DNA of 64,000 bases from the human T2T-CHM13v2.0 reference genome, Homo sapiens, in NCBI RefSeq assembly GCF_009914755.1, contig NC_060940.1; one strand, written 5' to 3'. Position 1 is the stretch's first letter, and every line of letters starts with the position of its first letter. The notes under the pieces are model-generated. The model was not told where the DNA came from, made no database searches, and saw nothing but the letters and a program-made list of their open reading frames with translations. This document shows positions 44,513 through 59,407 of the stretch, one piece after another. Position numbers and translations under genes: made by a program.

Positions 44513-47407
44513 TGGAATGAATGAACTAATTCCAGCACTCAACGCATCTCATTTCTCTCTAGTGTCCTACTCTACGGAAGCCTCTAGATTTGCTGTGGTA
44601 AAGAATTCAAAGATCAAACTGATGCAGCCCTGGCCTTCCGTGAGCTCCCTGCTTAAAGAGCAAACCTCTAGATGCGACTCTTATTAGGGTTAGTGTGCAA
44701 GTGGTCAGCTGGTATTCTGCTCTTCTGCCTTCAGAGTCATCTGTGTGGTCAGAGGTCTTCGTTTTCCATATTTGTACACAGTCTTTCCCCAGGTGGGCTG
44801 AGGGCAGAATGAATATTTGCTCTATTTTCACAGAGGGCCAGTATGCTTGAGCAATTAAACAGAAGCTCTTCTCATTGTCCATTTCCTTCAGCTAAACACT
44901 CTACACAACATGGTCACGTAAGAAGGACTGTCTCCAGGTTCGAGGTAGAGCTGTGACTGGTAGAAACCCCCATGCCGTAAAGACACAAGGAAAAAAAATT
45001 TTCCCTGCCTATGGAAGGCATTGCTCAATAAGGAGAAAGAGACCAGGGCAAACCAGCGACATGAGGGCATTACAAGTCAAGCTTCGGTTTTACGTACAGT
45101 TAATTCTCTCCCGACCTGGGGAGATTCCTGTTGGCGATTTTTCTTCTTTCAGGTTTTAGCACTTACATTTACTGATCACTAAGTCATGTCTACATACAAG
45201 ACAAAACCCAGGACAAGCCAAAGTCATGCCACTGTATTTATAAAGCTTTCCACACAAAATCCAGTAACATGTAGCTTAAAAGTAGATATGGAAAGGGACG
45301 CGATTTGTTTGCTGGAGTTTAGCTAATGAGAAGACCCTCCCTCTTAATTCTTGTGCAAACTCAACCCTATCTAATAAAGTGATGAAAAAGAGGATCTCAC
45401 GGAAAAGAGGTCTTAAAATTCACTTACTTAGTTTCAAGAAGAACAAACAGAAGAGAAGGGGTGCACAAACTCCGCGTGGACATCCAGTGCTTAATTTCAG
45501 GTACAGACAACATGCATCTTGGTACAAGGGTACAATTTTAGCTGCACACCAGTGTACCCCAAGATACCACTAAGTCTAAATACACCACCATAAAAGGTAA
45601 AAGGATGGAAGTCCCTATCGTTGCCTGTTCCCCTCAGGACCAGCAGCCAATATCTCCCCGACCTCCTAGAGAGACCAAGGAAGGGTTCAGGCTTAATCAC
45701 TTGTACAAAATACACCCCTTGCAACCTTTTAATATTTCTAGTAATTTTTCTCTTAGGAGTTTTGAGCTAACATAATTCTCAAGACACTTCCCTTTTAAGC
45801 CTTACATCAGCAGAGGCGAAAGCAGTGTGTTCGGAGACAAAAGCAGGTGAGAGCCAGACACACGATTTACCCCAAGCTTCTGCCTCTTGGTGGCCTTAAT
45901 GACAAAGCTTTTAACTTTGTACAATCCCTGCCTCTCAAACAAAGACATGATTAAAAGAAGGTGGTTGGGGACGGGGAAGGAAATAACATAAAGATGAGGA
46001 CGTGCAGGAAGCCAGCTTGGTCCCTGTCCGGCACACAATCCATTCTTGGCCAGGAAAATGATTGCCGCACAATGGCCAGCGTGGCCAGTCCAGGGCAGCT
46101 GTGAGATATAAATTGTCAGCAATGACCATAAGCACTCAGAGAAACAATTTAATTCCTCACTTCCGCCATCATGGGCTGATATATTCTTTCAAGGTCATTA
46201 CCCAAGGCTAGAAGGGTCGCTTGATTAACGAGTGACAGGCCCAATGAGGGCCAGTGCGCTCTAGCAAGGCCTTATATTAATTAGACAGAAGCTCCAGAAA
46301 ATAAATGTTACAGAGAAAGGAGGGGCCAAGTCTTGAGCGTAAGCTGTGACCTCGCCACCCCCACCCTGTTCACCCCACAAAAGATAACACCCTGACCTTG
46401 ATCCTTAATGTTATACTTTAGCTTAGTTTTAAAACCTATAAAATACAAAACATAAACCAGGCCTCGTTTCATATTCAAAATGACCCAGGCCCTGGCCTCC
46501 AGTTTTGACACTGTCTTTGTCTCACCCTTTCTCACTTAGTTATTCTAATTTATTGGTTAATTCTGAGCGGGGATGAGGAGAACTGCTGGCTGTGAACTTC
46601 ACATCTCAGAAGCAGCTTAAACCATGTTTATCTGAGCCAAGGGAAGCAGGAGAATGATGACACTTCCAGTGTTTTAAGCCCAGTGGCTAATAATCTAGCA
46701 ATTGCTCTTTAATAAACTGTCATTATCTTGCTTAAGGAGTTAAGGAGATTTGGCAATAGCAGTGGACTTGCAGGGCAAATGACCATTCGAAGCAAAAGGG
46801 GCTTAAACATACCCTCTACTTCTTATCTAGTATTCGGTACCTCTTTGATTACATTTACTATACAGTCCTCATTTTAAGAGACACAAAAGAATAAACTCCT
46901 AGAGAATTTAGTGAATTTGAAGTATTCCTTTCCAATATAAGAGACAACTAGTTTGAGAATGGGGTTTCACTTCCACCAACCATCAAGAAGGGCTTTTTCC
47001 TTTCTCCACTCACACATTCACCATTTTGATCACTGATCCCATTGGAAAAGCAATCTTGCCATCTCAGGCAGCTCCAGCCTGGCTGCTCGTTGTGGATGCA
47101 GAGCAAGGCTATACTATATAGTTTTTTTGATTTCCCAGAAATCCATCAACGTCTATTCAAAAGAGTTCAGGTGGTGAAGGTAGGAGGCTTAGGTGACACT
47201 CAGGATGTGAAGGGTTGTTGACAGAACTTCCCAGCAAGAGGCCCCATTTACCTTGCATTCTGTCAAAAAGGAGAAAAGAGGTTGTACTTTTGAGACAGGT
47301 TGTGTCTATGAACTCCTATTTGGCACCACCTTCTGACTAAATACTGTACATACAGACAGGCAAGAGGCAGGTCACTGATGGTCCCTCTGAGAGCCTTGGG
47401 GACCTAC

Positions 47408-47960
47408 TGTAGTTGACAATGTCTGAGAACTTCTCCAGTGAGTCCGGTCTCCTGGTACTTGGGCGCTTATGTCACTCCCTCCCCTTGAGTATAGGAGGGA
47501 CCTAGGGGCTCACTTCAGTCGAATAGAATATGGCAAATGTTATGGGTTGTCACTTCTGAGGCTAAGCTACTAAAAGGCTGTGGCTTCTGTCTTCCTTGCT
47601 CTCTTTCACTCTGTCAGGGCCCTCACTCTGGAGGAAGCAAGCTACCATGTGTTAGCTGCCCCTGTGGAAAGGCCCAGAAGGCCAGGAATGCATAGCTCCA
47701 GCCACCAGTCAGTGGGGACCCAAGACCTGCCACCAGTCACGTGTGTGAACTTGGAAATGGATCCTCCCTACCCAAGCCTTGAAATGATGGCCACAGCCAA
47801 CCTCTTGATAGCAGCCTAAAGAGAGACTTGAGTCAGAGGCACCCAGCTAACCTACATAAATCCAAACTCCTGACCCAGGGAAACTGACATAATAGATGCT
47901 TGTTGTTGTTTCTGCTAAATCTTGGAGTAATTTGTTATGTATCAATAGAAAACTAATACA
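47408..47960 (+). mobile_element. MLT1F-type solo LTR
   Basis: TG...CA termini, CTCCCCTTGAG, AATAGAATATGGCA and AACTAATACA motifs; near-TSD CCTAC/CCCAC. Confidence 0.88.
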
Positions 47961-48311
47961 CCCACTAATTCCACTGATCCTATGATGTACTGTGTGATGC
48001 AGAACAATTCAACTGCTCTACATTTTAGTATCCTTTTCTCTAAAATGGGAGCGGCCTCCTGGAGAGCTTTGACATATGGGAAACATCTGCAAGGATTTGG
48101 TTCTGTTCGTGGGAAGGGAAATTCGATGCATTATCACTGTATTATGGGTATTTAATGTACACTACCTTATCAGATTTATGAGTTTTGTGGAAGATGTAGC
48201 ATCATTATCAGGCACGATTATTACACTATATTTTACATCTCTGAGTTATCTGTCCTTGATGGATATCAATAGCAGTACTAGCCAACAAATTTGCAAAGAT
48301 AACTTACACAC

Positions 48312-48590
48312 ATATTCATTCATCCATTTCTCCAACCATCCATCCTTCTATCTATGCTTTCAACAACTATTTATTGAGGATGCAAAAACACCGTAAGAGG
48401 TAGAAAAATGTATTCAATATGGTCTATGTCTTCAAGGAGTTTACAATCCCAGCAGGGAAATTAATGCGTGGACACTAATTACTGAAATCTAAAGTAGCAT
48501 GGGATAAGCAATCATTAGAGTAGAAAAGTGCAGGAGGGAGTCGGAAGGGGGAGAATTCAGCTGTCTGGGGAAGGCTTGAAGAAAGCCTGG
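48312..48590 (-). mobile_element. L2 3' fragment
   Basis: ATTCATTCAT...TATTTATTGAG...GTCTTCAAGGAGTTTACAATC. Confidence 0.7.
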
Positions 48591-49954
48591 AAATATACAT
48601 TAATGCTAAGGAAATGTGCTATGAACTCTTATTCCTGAAGTAGTGACGATGTGTTGGCCATAGCCTCTTGTTCAGTCTTGTTTTGACCAACACCAAACAT
48701 TTGAAGCACAGTATCAGGATGGAGTTATGGTCTGTAGCCAGAGAACCAAGGTAACTGGCACCATGGGAATCACACACAGGACTGCAGCTTCATGACACCA
48801 GCTACAGTATAATGATACATTACAGAACATCAACCTCCTGGATGCAGGACAGGCATCTGGCTGTCCAACCTTCTGAATTGAGAACAGCCTGTAACGAATC
48901 CCCAGTTCCATAACATGTTTAACAATTAATAAGCTAGGGGTTTCCTTGAGGACAACAAAGAATAAAATATGAGTTTGCCAAGAAAGAGGTCACACAGCAT
49001 AAATACCTTCTAGGAAAACAATACTCGTGATGAGGCTAGAGGTGGGCAGTTTTTCCTCTACTTTGAAAATAGAGTGAAATACATTGAGGGCCTAAATTAT
49101 CTGGACGTTGGTCAGTCCTGTATTTCATTCCGCCAGTTAGACCCCTTGCATGTTTGTGATAATTTTGCCCAGTGGACCGAGTGGCTGCTGAGGGAAAAGC
49201 TGCCCTGGTCAAAGGATTTGCTATTAATTTCAGATATGCTCTTAAAATGCCTCTATAAGAAAGGACAAGAAATCAAAGGGTTTGGTGCCAAGGAACAGGA
49301 TTAATAAAAAATATTGTGTCCGTTCTAGAGAAGCCAATTCAGCGGGTTTCACTCATGTGATGTGTTCAAACAGCCTCCCAAAGAGAGAAACTTAGCATGG
49401 CACCCACCCAGGCAGGGAGGTTACTGGCAGGTCCCCGGCAGCAGTGACACTCAGAGACAGCAAAGACCTGCTTGGCTCCTGCCTCCTGGGAGCCTGCTGA
49501 GGTCAGCTAGTAGGCTTGATGAAACTACTCTCTGGCCAGTGCCCCGTGTCCAGGGGACAAATGGGAAAATATCCGTCAGAATCTAAAGAATAATTCCAGA
49601 AAGAGTCATACCTCTGAGGAAGTCAATGGCACTGTAAATTTACACCTTCACCTAGATAGTAATTCGGTGGAAAATGACGTTCACCCTCCAAATTCCTGAT
49701 TCAGAGTGCTCGAAATAATTGTGTCATTTGCAAGCATCCCAACTGATGCACCTGTTTCTCCGTGGCTTCATTAGGGGATCATAGGCTGTGTGATGACGCG
49801 TAGCAACCAGGCAGCAGAAATTTCTTAGAAAGTAATTCCCCACATGTGCAAAATTCAGCTCTATGAGGAAGTATTTTGGGTGTGTGTGTGTGTTGGGGTG
49901 GAACCACTCCATTGTATTTGATAGTTGAAATGTATCGCTTGTGTCCTTGGTTAA

Positions 49955-50330
49955 CATATTAGCCTGTTTTCACGCTGCTGATAGAGACATAGCTGAGACT
50001 GGGTAAATTACAGACAAAAAGAGGTTTAATGGTCTCACAGTTCCACGTGGCTGGGGAGGCCTCACAAGCATGGTGGAAGGCAAAAGTCACGTCTTACATG
50101 GTGGCAGGCAAGAGAGAGAATGAGAACCAAGTGAAAGGGTTTCCCCTTATAAAATAATCAGATCTCGTGAGACTTATTCACTACCATGAGAACAGTATGG
50201 GGGAAATTGCCCCCCTACTTATCTCCCACTGGGTCTGTCCCACAAAAATTGGGAATTACAGAAGCTACAGCTCAAGATGAGATTTGGGTGGGGACACAGC
50301 CAAACAATATGGGAACACAGCCAAACGGAA
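49955..50330 (-). mobile_element. THE1B solo LTR
   Basis: TTTTCACGCTGCTGAT...GAGATTTGGGTGGGGACACAGCCAAAC with TSD GTTAA (49950-54 / 50331-35). Confidence 0.92.
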
Positions 50331-51375
50331 GTTAATTACCTCCTCTAAGCAGCTCAGGTGTGACCAGTACTTCCAGAGATGTTTTCCACGTCTGATAAAC
50401 TACTTCTCTCATTCCAAAAGTTACAATAGTTACAAAAGTTACAATAGGCATTTCAGGTTTCCAAATTAGAGTTCAGACACTGTAATATACTTATGAAGCT
50501 CCCAAAATGATGCCAAAGGGGTCTGTGGACCCCTTTTGGGACTCCTTTTAAGGAGCAAGATTCTACACTATGATTTTAACCCTATCAACATTCCTCAATT
50601 TTCTGCAGGCTTTCATTGATTAAGAAAAGCTCATTACACCTTCTGAGGTGCTGTCTTTTATACATTTTGCTGTCCATGCACTTTTCACACTGCAACATGA
50701 TTGTTTGTGTGCTTATCTATATTATCTTTATATTACAATCTTTATGAGGTCATGCCTGCATTTTATTTGTCTTCATAACCCCAGTGTCTGCCCAGAAAAT
50801 ACTTGACAACCAGGTGTGGACGTGAATTGAATTCTGCCCCTTGGTTAAGGCTAAACATCCAGTTGCCAGCTGGGACAGTTCTGCACTGGAGAAACATGCC
50901 AACATGCTGAAAACCTAAAAGTTGTTTTTATGCTCCTAACGGGAGAGATGAAACAGGGGTATACAGTATTTTTGGTCAAACATGCCAAATAGCTTTTTTC
51001 TTCCAAGCTGTCACTATTTGTTGGGAAACTTACCAGTTGCATGGCTTTTTAGAGATTCAAGATGTCTTGCCTTTCCTAATATAAATCTTTGTTGCCAGTC
51101 TAATTGGTTTTGGGCTCAGTCTTGGCACAGCCACAGCCTTGGCCACCCTTCTTTGCCCTCAGTGCCGCTAAATATATCCCCAGTGCTCAGTATGTCCAGA
51201 TGATTCTCTTCTAACCTTTCAGGTCAACGTCTTTTGCTATTTATATGCTTTTGAAAACCTTTCAATAATAACTTCCCCTTCAAAAAACACTAATCCAGAA
51301 CTTACTTCTCTGCCTTTCTTATGCGACAATTTTTATGCAGGAATTGTCTTGTTTTTTTAATTAAGAATATTTCCT

Positions 51376-51680
51376 GGCCAGGTGTAATGGCTCACTCCTG
51401 TAATTACAGCACTTTAGGAGGATGAGGTGGGGGGACTGCCTGAGCTCAGGAGTTCAAGACCAGCCTGGGCAATGTAGTGAAACCCCATGTCTATAAAAAT
51501 TTCAAAAGTTAGCTGGGTATGGCAGCACACGCCTATTGTCCCAGCTACTCAGGAGGCTGAGGCAGGAGGATGGCTTGAGCCCATGAGCTAGAGGTTACAG
51601 TAAGCTATGATCATGCCACTGCACTCCAGCCTGGGTGACAGACCAAAACCCTGTCTCAAAAAAAAAAAAAAAAAAAAAAA
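51376..51680 (+). mobile_element. AluJ
   Basis: 13-bp TSD AAGAATATTTCCT (51363 / 51679). Confidence 0.95.
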
Positions 51681-51749
51681 GAATATTTCCTTTGATGGAT
51701 GTGAACTGCAGATTTGCTATGTCCTACTGATAGAATATTGTTATTTTTA

Positions 51750-52059
<310 letters not shown>

Positions 52060-52081
52060 AGAATATTGTTATCTTAGTAGT

Positions 52082-52443
52082 TGATACGGTTTGTCTGCGT
52101 CCCCACCCAAATCTTGTCTTGAATTGTAGCTCCCACGTGTTATGGGAGGGACCCCAGGGGGAGATAATTGAATCATGGGGGTGGTTCTCCCATACTGTTC
52201 TCATTGTAGTGAATAAGTCTCATGAGACCTGATGGTTTTATATGGGGAGACCCTTTTCGTTTGGCTCTCATTCTCTCTTTGCCTGTGGCCATGTAAGACC
52301 TTCCTTTGCTCTTTCTTTGTCTTCCACCACGATTGTGAGGCCTCCCCAGCTATGTGGAACTGAGTCCATTAAACCTCTTTTTCTTTATAAATTACCCAGC
52401 CTCAGGTATGTCTTTACCAGCAGCGTGAAAATGGAGTAATATA
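52082..52443 (+). mobile_element. THE1B/C solo LTR
   Basis: TGATACGGTTTG...GGAGTAATATA with 5-bp TSD GTAGT (52077-81 / 52444-48). Confidence 0.92.
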
Positions 52444-52647
52444 GTAGTCATCACCAGAAGCAGAAATCAGTCATTCATTAGTTAACTCTGAAAGCATATC
52501 TCTGGTACATAAGAGGAGGGCTGGAACTAAGCTGCCTGAATCTGAATCCTCACTCCCCACTTACTAGGAGTGTAGCCTTAGTCAACTAACCTAATCTCTT
52601 TGTGCCTACATTTCCTTATTGTAATGGGAATAATAATTGTACTCACC

Positions 52648-53005
52648 TGATATGGTTTAGCTCTGTGTCCCCACCCAAATCTCACCTTGAATTGTTATAA
52701 TCTTCACATGTCAAGGGTGAGACCAGGTGGAGATAATTGAATCATGGAGGCAGTTTCCCTCATGCTGTTCCCATAATAGTGAGTGAGTTCTCACCAGATC
52801 TGATGGTTTTATAAGGGTCTTCCCCCTTTGCTCAGCACTCATTCTCTCTCCTGCCACCCTGTAAAGGGGGGGCCTTCTGCCATGATTTTAAGTTTCATGA
52901 GGTCACCCCAGCCATGTGGAACTGTCAGTCAATTAAACCTCTGTTCTTTATAAATTACCCAGTCTTCGGTATTTCATCATAACAGCGTGAAAATGGACTA
53001 ATGCA
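52648..53005 (+). mobile_element. THE1D/C solo LTR
   Basis: TGATATGGTTT...GGACTAATGCA with near-TSD TCACC/CCACC. Confidence 0.92.
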
Positions 53006-53019
53006 CCACCTCATGATCA

Positions 53020-54580
53020 AGGATCTCAAATGCGCTGTTACGCTGCCAGGCCATCAGTGTGCTTATCTATCCATGTGCTGTCTCACACTCCAAAGTGACT
53101 ATGACATTTTCTCGTTTCATCTCAAACCATCAATGCCTCTTCCCCATCCTCACTTTTTGCGGAGGGCTTGGCTTCCTACTTCACCAAGAAAAATGAAGGA
53201 TTCAGAAGTGAACTTCCAAGGACTCCTGACTATCACTTGTACCCATCAACCAGCTTCTGCATTTTCATATTCTGCCTTCTAGTTACCATGCATAAACCAC
53301 TCATCCTCTTATCTGAAGTGAAACACTTTACTTCATACTAGATCCTATTCGTGCCAACAGAAGGCTCTCTCTCCATCTATTCTCCCTTCCTCTCTTGCAT
53401 CATCACTAATTCTCTCTCCTACGGGTCATTATCCTCATTCTCTTGGTAACCAGATCCAGTTTCATGGCTTTAAATACCATCTATGTCCCAAGGAGTCCCA
53501 GATTTGTATGCCTAGCTCAGACGTCCCTTCCAAAATCCAAACTTGAATATCCAATGGGCTAATCAGCATCTTCACTTGAATTTTTAATAGACCTCTGAAA
53601 ATCAATTAAGTCCAACTGTTTTTCTCCTCTAAATCTGCTCATCCCTCAGCCTTAGGCATTTCAGTTAATGGCAACTTCATCCCTCCATTTGCTCAAGAAA
53701 AAAGTACTGGGAGGTCATCTTGAACTCCCTCTCTTTTACAGCCTTCTTCTAACCCATCAGGAAATCTTCTTGGTGCTTCCTCCTAAATGTACACAGAATC
53801 CAACCCCAACCACTTCTTATCTCCCCATTGCTGCCACCCTAGTCAGTGCTAACAGCATTTCTCACCTAGATCATGGCAATAGCCCTTGATCTGCCCTTGC
53901 TTTCGTGCTGCCTATTCTCAACCCAAAAGCCAGAGAAATCCTTCTGATCTCATCTGAAACCCAGGTGAGATCATGTTACTCCTCTGCTCAAGGTCGTCAG
54001 ATGGCTCCTCCTTTCATTCAAGGTAAAAGCCCATGTTCTTACAAGGGCCTGCAAGGTGATCTAACACCCACCTCCCTTACCTCTATGACCTCCTACTTCT
54101 CTTCCCCTTGCCCATTCAGCTCCAGCCATGGTGAATTCTTCAATGTTTCTTTAACACACAAAGTATACTTCCACTTTAGGGCCTTTGTACTTGCAGTTCT
54201 CTCTCCCTGGAATGCTCTTCTCCTTAAATATCCACAAAGGCAATGCTTTCGCCTCCTTCAACTCTTTGCTTAAATATCCTCTCAATGAGTTCTACCCTAA
54301 CCATCCCATTTAAAATTGCAACCTGCCACCAACTCCAGACCTTTCAGTTTCTCTTACCCTTCTGTCTCTCTCGGCTTTATTCCATCTCATGCATCACCTT
54401 CTACTACATGCTATAATGTGTAACTTTATGGTGTTTATCGTTTGTCTGCCCCAGAAGGAATGTAACCACAAAGGGATCTCTATTTTGCTCACTGATAGAT
54501 CTCACACTTTTAGAACAGTAGCTGGCAGATATTAGGTACTTGATAAATACTTGCTGAATTAAATTGCATTTGGTTTGAAT
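53020..54580 (+). mobile_element. L2a, ~1.55 kb including an RT C-terminal remnant
   Basis: 53463-53507 translates to HGFKYHLCPKESQIC, a decayed form of the L2 HGFKYHLYADDSQIY. Canonical 3' end TAGGTACTTGATAAATACTTGCTGAAT. Confidence 0.85.
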
Positions 54581-54940
54581 GATAGGTGTTCTGAGGATCA
54601 AATGAGCTTCATATACATAAAGCTCTCAAAATAATGCACAATAAATGTTAGCTGCCACACCATCACTACCGCCATCATCGTAATCGTCACAGTTGCCAAA
54701 TTGTGTGTCTGAGTCTTTCTTGTGGCATTTTATAACATCAGATGTAAAGACAAATGAATAATCACCAGGATATTTTCTTTGTACATAAGGAAACCTTTAG
54801 ATTTTGGTGGGTATAATCCATCTCACAGTGACTCCCCAATCATCTCACTCTCATGACCCATGCATGGAGTGGGATGCTGTTAGTGCCCTTTTCACGGGGA
54901 GAGGAAGCAGGCCCCATAGCCACCTAGAGGGGATTTGATT

Positions 54941-55356
54941 AAGCGATGTGATGGTAAATGCCTGACAACCAACTCTTGAGGAAAAAAAAAAGCAAAAAAC
55001 TTTGATTTGTAGTGTTAGCCGATTTCCCTGGTGTAAATTCTCCCACTGTGGTTGATTTCAACTTTCCGACACTATGTCCCTGAATGGAGAGCTCAAAAGT
55101 TGTACAATAAGTAGCACCCCATAATAGCCTAATTTCACCAGAAATGCAATAGGCATATATAACTTCAAAAGCACAAATAAGAGTAAAATGTATTAAAATA
55201 ATTAGGAAGCAATCAGTTTTGAGTAATTGTTATTTAATCGTAAGTTTAATTTCATTTTTAATAAATGTTGTGTTTAACAACCTTCTCATCAAAATTCTTA
55301 GGAATTTAACAATCCACTCTTGGGAGCTGGTATGAGGAGAGTTCAGTGCACCACTG
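54941..55356. mobile_element. MER63B (hAT-Blackjack)
   Basis: GATGTGATGGTAAATG...TGATTTGTAGTGTTAGCCGATTTCC...GGTGTAAATTCTCCCAC...GCACCACTG. Confidence 0.8.
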
Positions 55357-55531
55357 GTGAGATCTGAGTGGCTATCTGACCCAAATGGGGTCAATCAGGG
55401 TCTCCCCTAGAGACAGGGAGTTAAACCTTCAAGAACCAGTTTTCCACATTGCTGGAGTATGAAGTTGGGAACTGTGGACAGACACTCTCCATCTCCCATG
55501 AGGACAGGGTAGTAGGAAAAGAGTCTACTGA

Positions 55532-55964
<433 letters not shown>

Positions 55965-57114
55965 AAGCCCCCCATCTTTAATACAAATTTTCTATCACTG
56001 TGTAAGCTGGAGATGGTTTTAGATACTTGCAAACAAGTGTTCTCAGCATATATTATGCTTAGTTGATTGGGGTTGGCTGGAGTTACACCAGTGCAGTCAG
56101 GCACACCGATTACTTGATGCTTCTCTACAGGTATAGCTATCTTTAAATAGAAAAGTGAATTACTACATAATAAGTGCATTTATGTAAGTCTAAAACATTT
56201 TCAAAATATAAAGTTTATATCAGAAAAAATATAATTTTAAAAAACATTCAAAATATGAAGTTCACACCAGGGAAAAATAATAAAACAGGTTCTTGGTAGT
56301 GAAAATTTTGGGAGCTACAGCCTCAGTTTACATTGGCCAGTGTTACCCAAAAAGTCATCATTCGCTAACTTTAGACACATCACTTTCATTATTCTTGCTG
56401 CAACAGTGTGCCACCAAAGTCAATGCACTGCAGAAAAGAAATGCAATTCCTTCCATCTGCATAAAGTATAACCTCATTTAATTGTAACCTAAGTCAAAGT
56501 ATCTATAAAATCATGGATTTAATATGTTAATCATATTTTCATACACTTTCAATTAAATAAGCTATTTTTAAGCAATGTTGCTGTGTGTGCCACCTAAAAT
56601 GATACCCAGGACACACCCAGGAAAACATCACATCAGTTAGGCTTGATTCTCTACAGCTGTTCCTGGCACATGAGGTTTTCTCCGTCTCACTCCTGCGTAG
56701 CCCACGAGAGTCCGGATTTGTCAGAGGACTATGTTTCCAGGCTCCGGGACAGGAGGAACTAATCTGCTGTTATTAAAATGAGAGCAATACATGGTAGGCA
56801 CACATTTAACTAAGGGATCTGTGTTTTATTATTTGGGAAGATGTATTTGCATAGGTTAATTCAATGACATTCTTTATTAAAAAAAAAGAAAGAAAGAAAC
56901 TCACACAGTGAGCAGCGGCCAATCCTACCTTTCAACTTCATGTTAATTTGCCTTAGGGTTTATCTGAGCTGAGCATCCAAGAGATACCAGCAATAAGTTA
57001 TCTATTTCATCACATGCTGGGCGAATAAGAGACCTGTCTCAGTTATGACCAATTGAATTTATTCTCTCAACACAGAGTATCCAAGCCCTAAGTAGACATG
57101 ATGCTTTGGGCTGA

Positions 57115-57534
<420 letters not shown>

Positions 57535-59259
57535 ATCACTTCTTAATGACTTAAACAAGTAGCCTGTAAGATCAGCAAATATAGAGGCTACAATTGTGCT
57601 TAATGGGAAGGCGAAGCCTGAGGATCCAAAGATGAGTCAGTAGTCCAAGTCCCTCTCCACACCTGAAGCAGTTCATTCTTCAGGAGTCCCATGAAAAGAT
57701 GCTGGTGCCACAAGTCAGAATGCTTTTATACCTAACCAGGAAGATATGACATGTGGTGAAGGGACAAAAGCTGACCATTTAGGGTCGTGGCTTTTTTGAA
57801 ATCCTATGGACTATCAAGCCACAAAGTAGTATCTTGGAATTCGACTTATCGATACAATCTTGAAAAGGCCATTACTAAAAGTAACTCTTACCCTTGCCTT
57901 CATTCTTCATATATGGGGCTCACTGCTTTAAATGTTTTCTAGAGTCATGCTGACTGGTCATTTTTGCATTCTGATTTCTTTTTTTCTGAGTAAACTGTGC
58001 AAATAAACAGATGGAATGTCCAAGTGATCATATAAGAACATTCTGAGCAATGAATATGAGCAGCAAGTCATCACGCAGCACCTCATCACGGCAGCACATG
58101 TACATATCACGTCAATGACTGTTATATCATTGTGTGTGTGTTTTTTAACACTAGTCAGCCTAAAATAAAAAAATGGAAAAGACTTCATGTCACCAGTTTT
58201 TCATCTTAGGCCCTCTTCTGTTTCCTCTGCTACACAGAGTTTGGAAAAAAATTTCACCAAAGGCTATTGAAATAAAATATAATTAAAAGTTCATGAAAAA
58301 TAAAAAAAAGTCACCCTCTACTTGAGTAATCAACCTCAATTTCAGCTCTGAAGGTATCATCATTAATTGCGTGAAGTACATCATTAATTGCATTTTAGAA
58401 AAAAAAGCTTCAATATTTATTTCTAAAATGACATCTCCCTGAAAAAGTCATGTAAGTTTTCTTTCCTTGCCAAGGAAATAATCTTATCTCCTACCAAAGC
58501 AAGGATGAGAGGAGACATTTGGACAAAAGATCTGGGAAAGTAACACACAAATGTCCCCATCTCCCATGCAAATGGCCTCGTTTCTTGCGCAGCCCCTAAT
58601 TCCTCACGTCTGCCACATGCCCATTGGTTAATACAGCGGAGACATGAGAGTTTAGAAATCCCACCTTCGCAAGCTTGACACCTCATATGGAAGCCGTCAG
58701 AAAAAGTGAACAGATAGATCTGCGCTCCTTAGTCATCGGGCAAACGACAATAACAATGCAGCACCATTTTCTGCCATCTTTTCAATAAACATGTCTTGGA
58801 TAGGTCAGTGCAAACGATACAGACTGTACAGTGACTACCTCAGTGGACTAACCTAAAAGCATTAGTCAAATCCAAAGTCTCTGAGATACCTTATTGGCAG
58901 AAACAATACCTGTAACACATGAGGCAGGAGGTACGTGCGATGTGTCCCCTAAGCAGGTATGATCCAGAGAGGGAAGATTGTATGTAGGGGGAAATGACAG
59001 CATTGAATTTTAAATTCCCACTAAAAACAGAAACTAATAGCCTATGTTATCAAACAGCTTTCTTTTTTTCTTTCTTTCTTTTTTTTTTGCCTTTGAAAAC
59101 TAGGAGAATTGAACAAGGGTATCTATGGGCTTCCAAGTATTTCTTCTGTGACTGTGTGGCCTGGTGGACACGTGCATAGTACACCTATCCCTGCATTCAA
59201 GCCATGAGTTTGGGAATGTCCAGAATTCGATTCCACATTGTTATCAGGTGAAACTGATT

Positions 59260-59372
59260 TTACGCGCCCACCCGCCTCTCCTGCAAGCCCCCAACCCCCT
59301 GAACATTTCTAAACTTCCTTGTTGCTATGGCTGCTTCTTCTCTTTTTTTAAATTTTTTTCCCTTCCTCTTCT

Positions 59373-59407
<35 letters not shown>

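Larger units (their letters stand above)
52500..54655 (+). mobile_element. MIR split by THE1 and L2 insertions (5' part ~52500-52647, 3' part ~54581-54655)
   Basis: GGAATAATAATTGTACTCACC|TCAT ... GATAGGTGTTCTGAGGATCAAATGAG are contiguous in the MIR consensus. Confidence 0.65.

Noticed and set aside
52082-53005. Two THE1 LTRs as the ends of one provirus
   Set aside because: Each has its own TSD, the subfamilies appear different, and the spacer is MIR rather than THE1 internal sequence.
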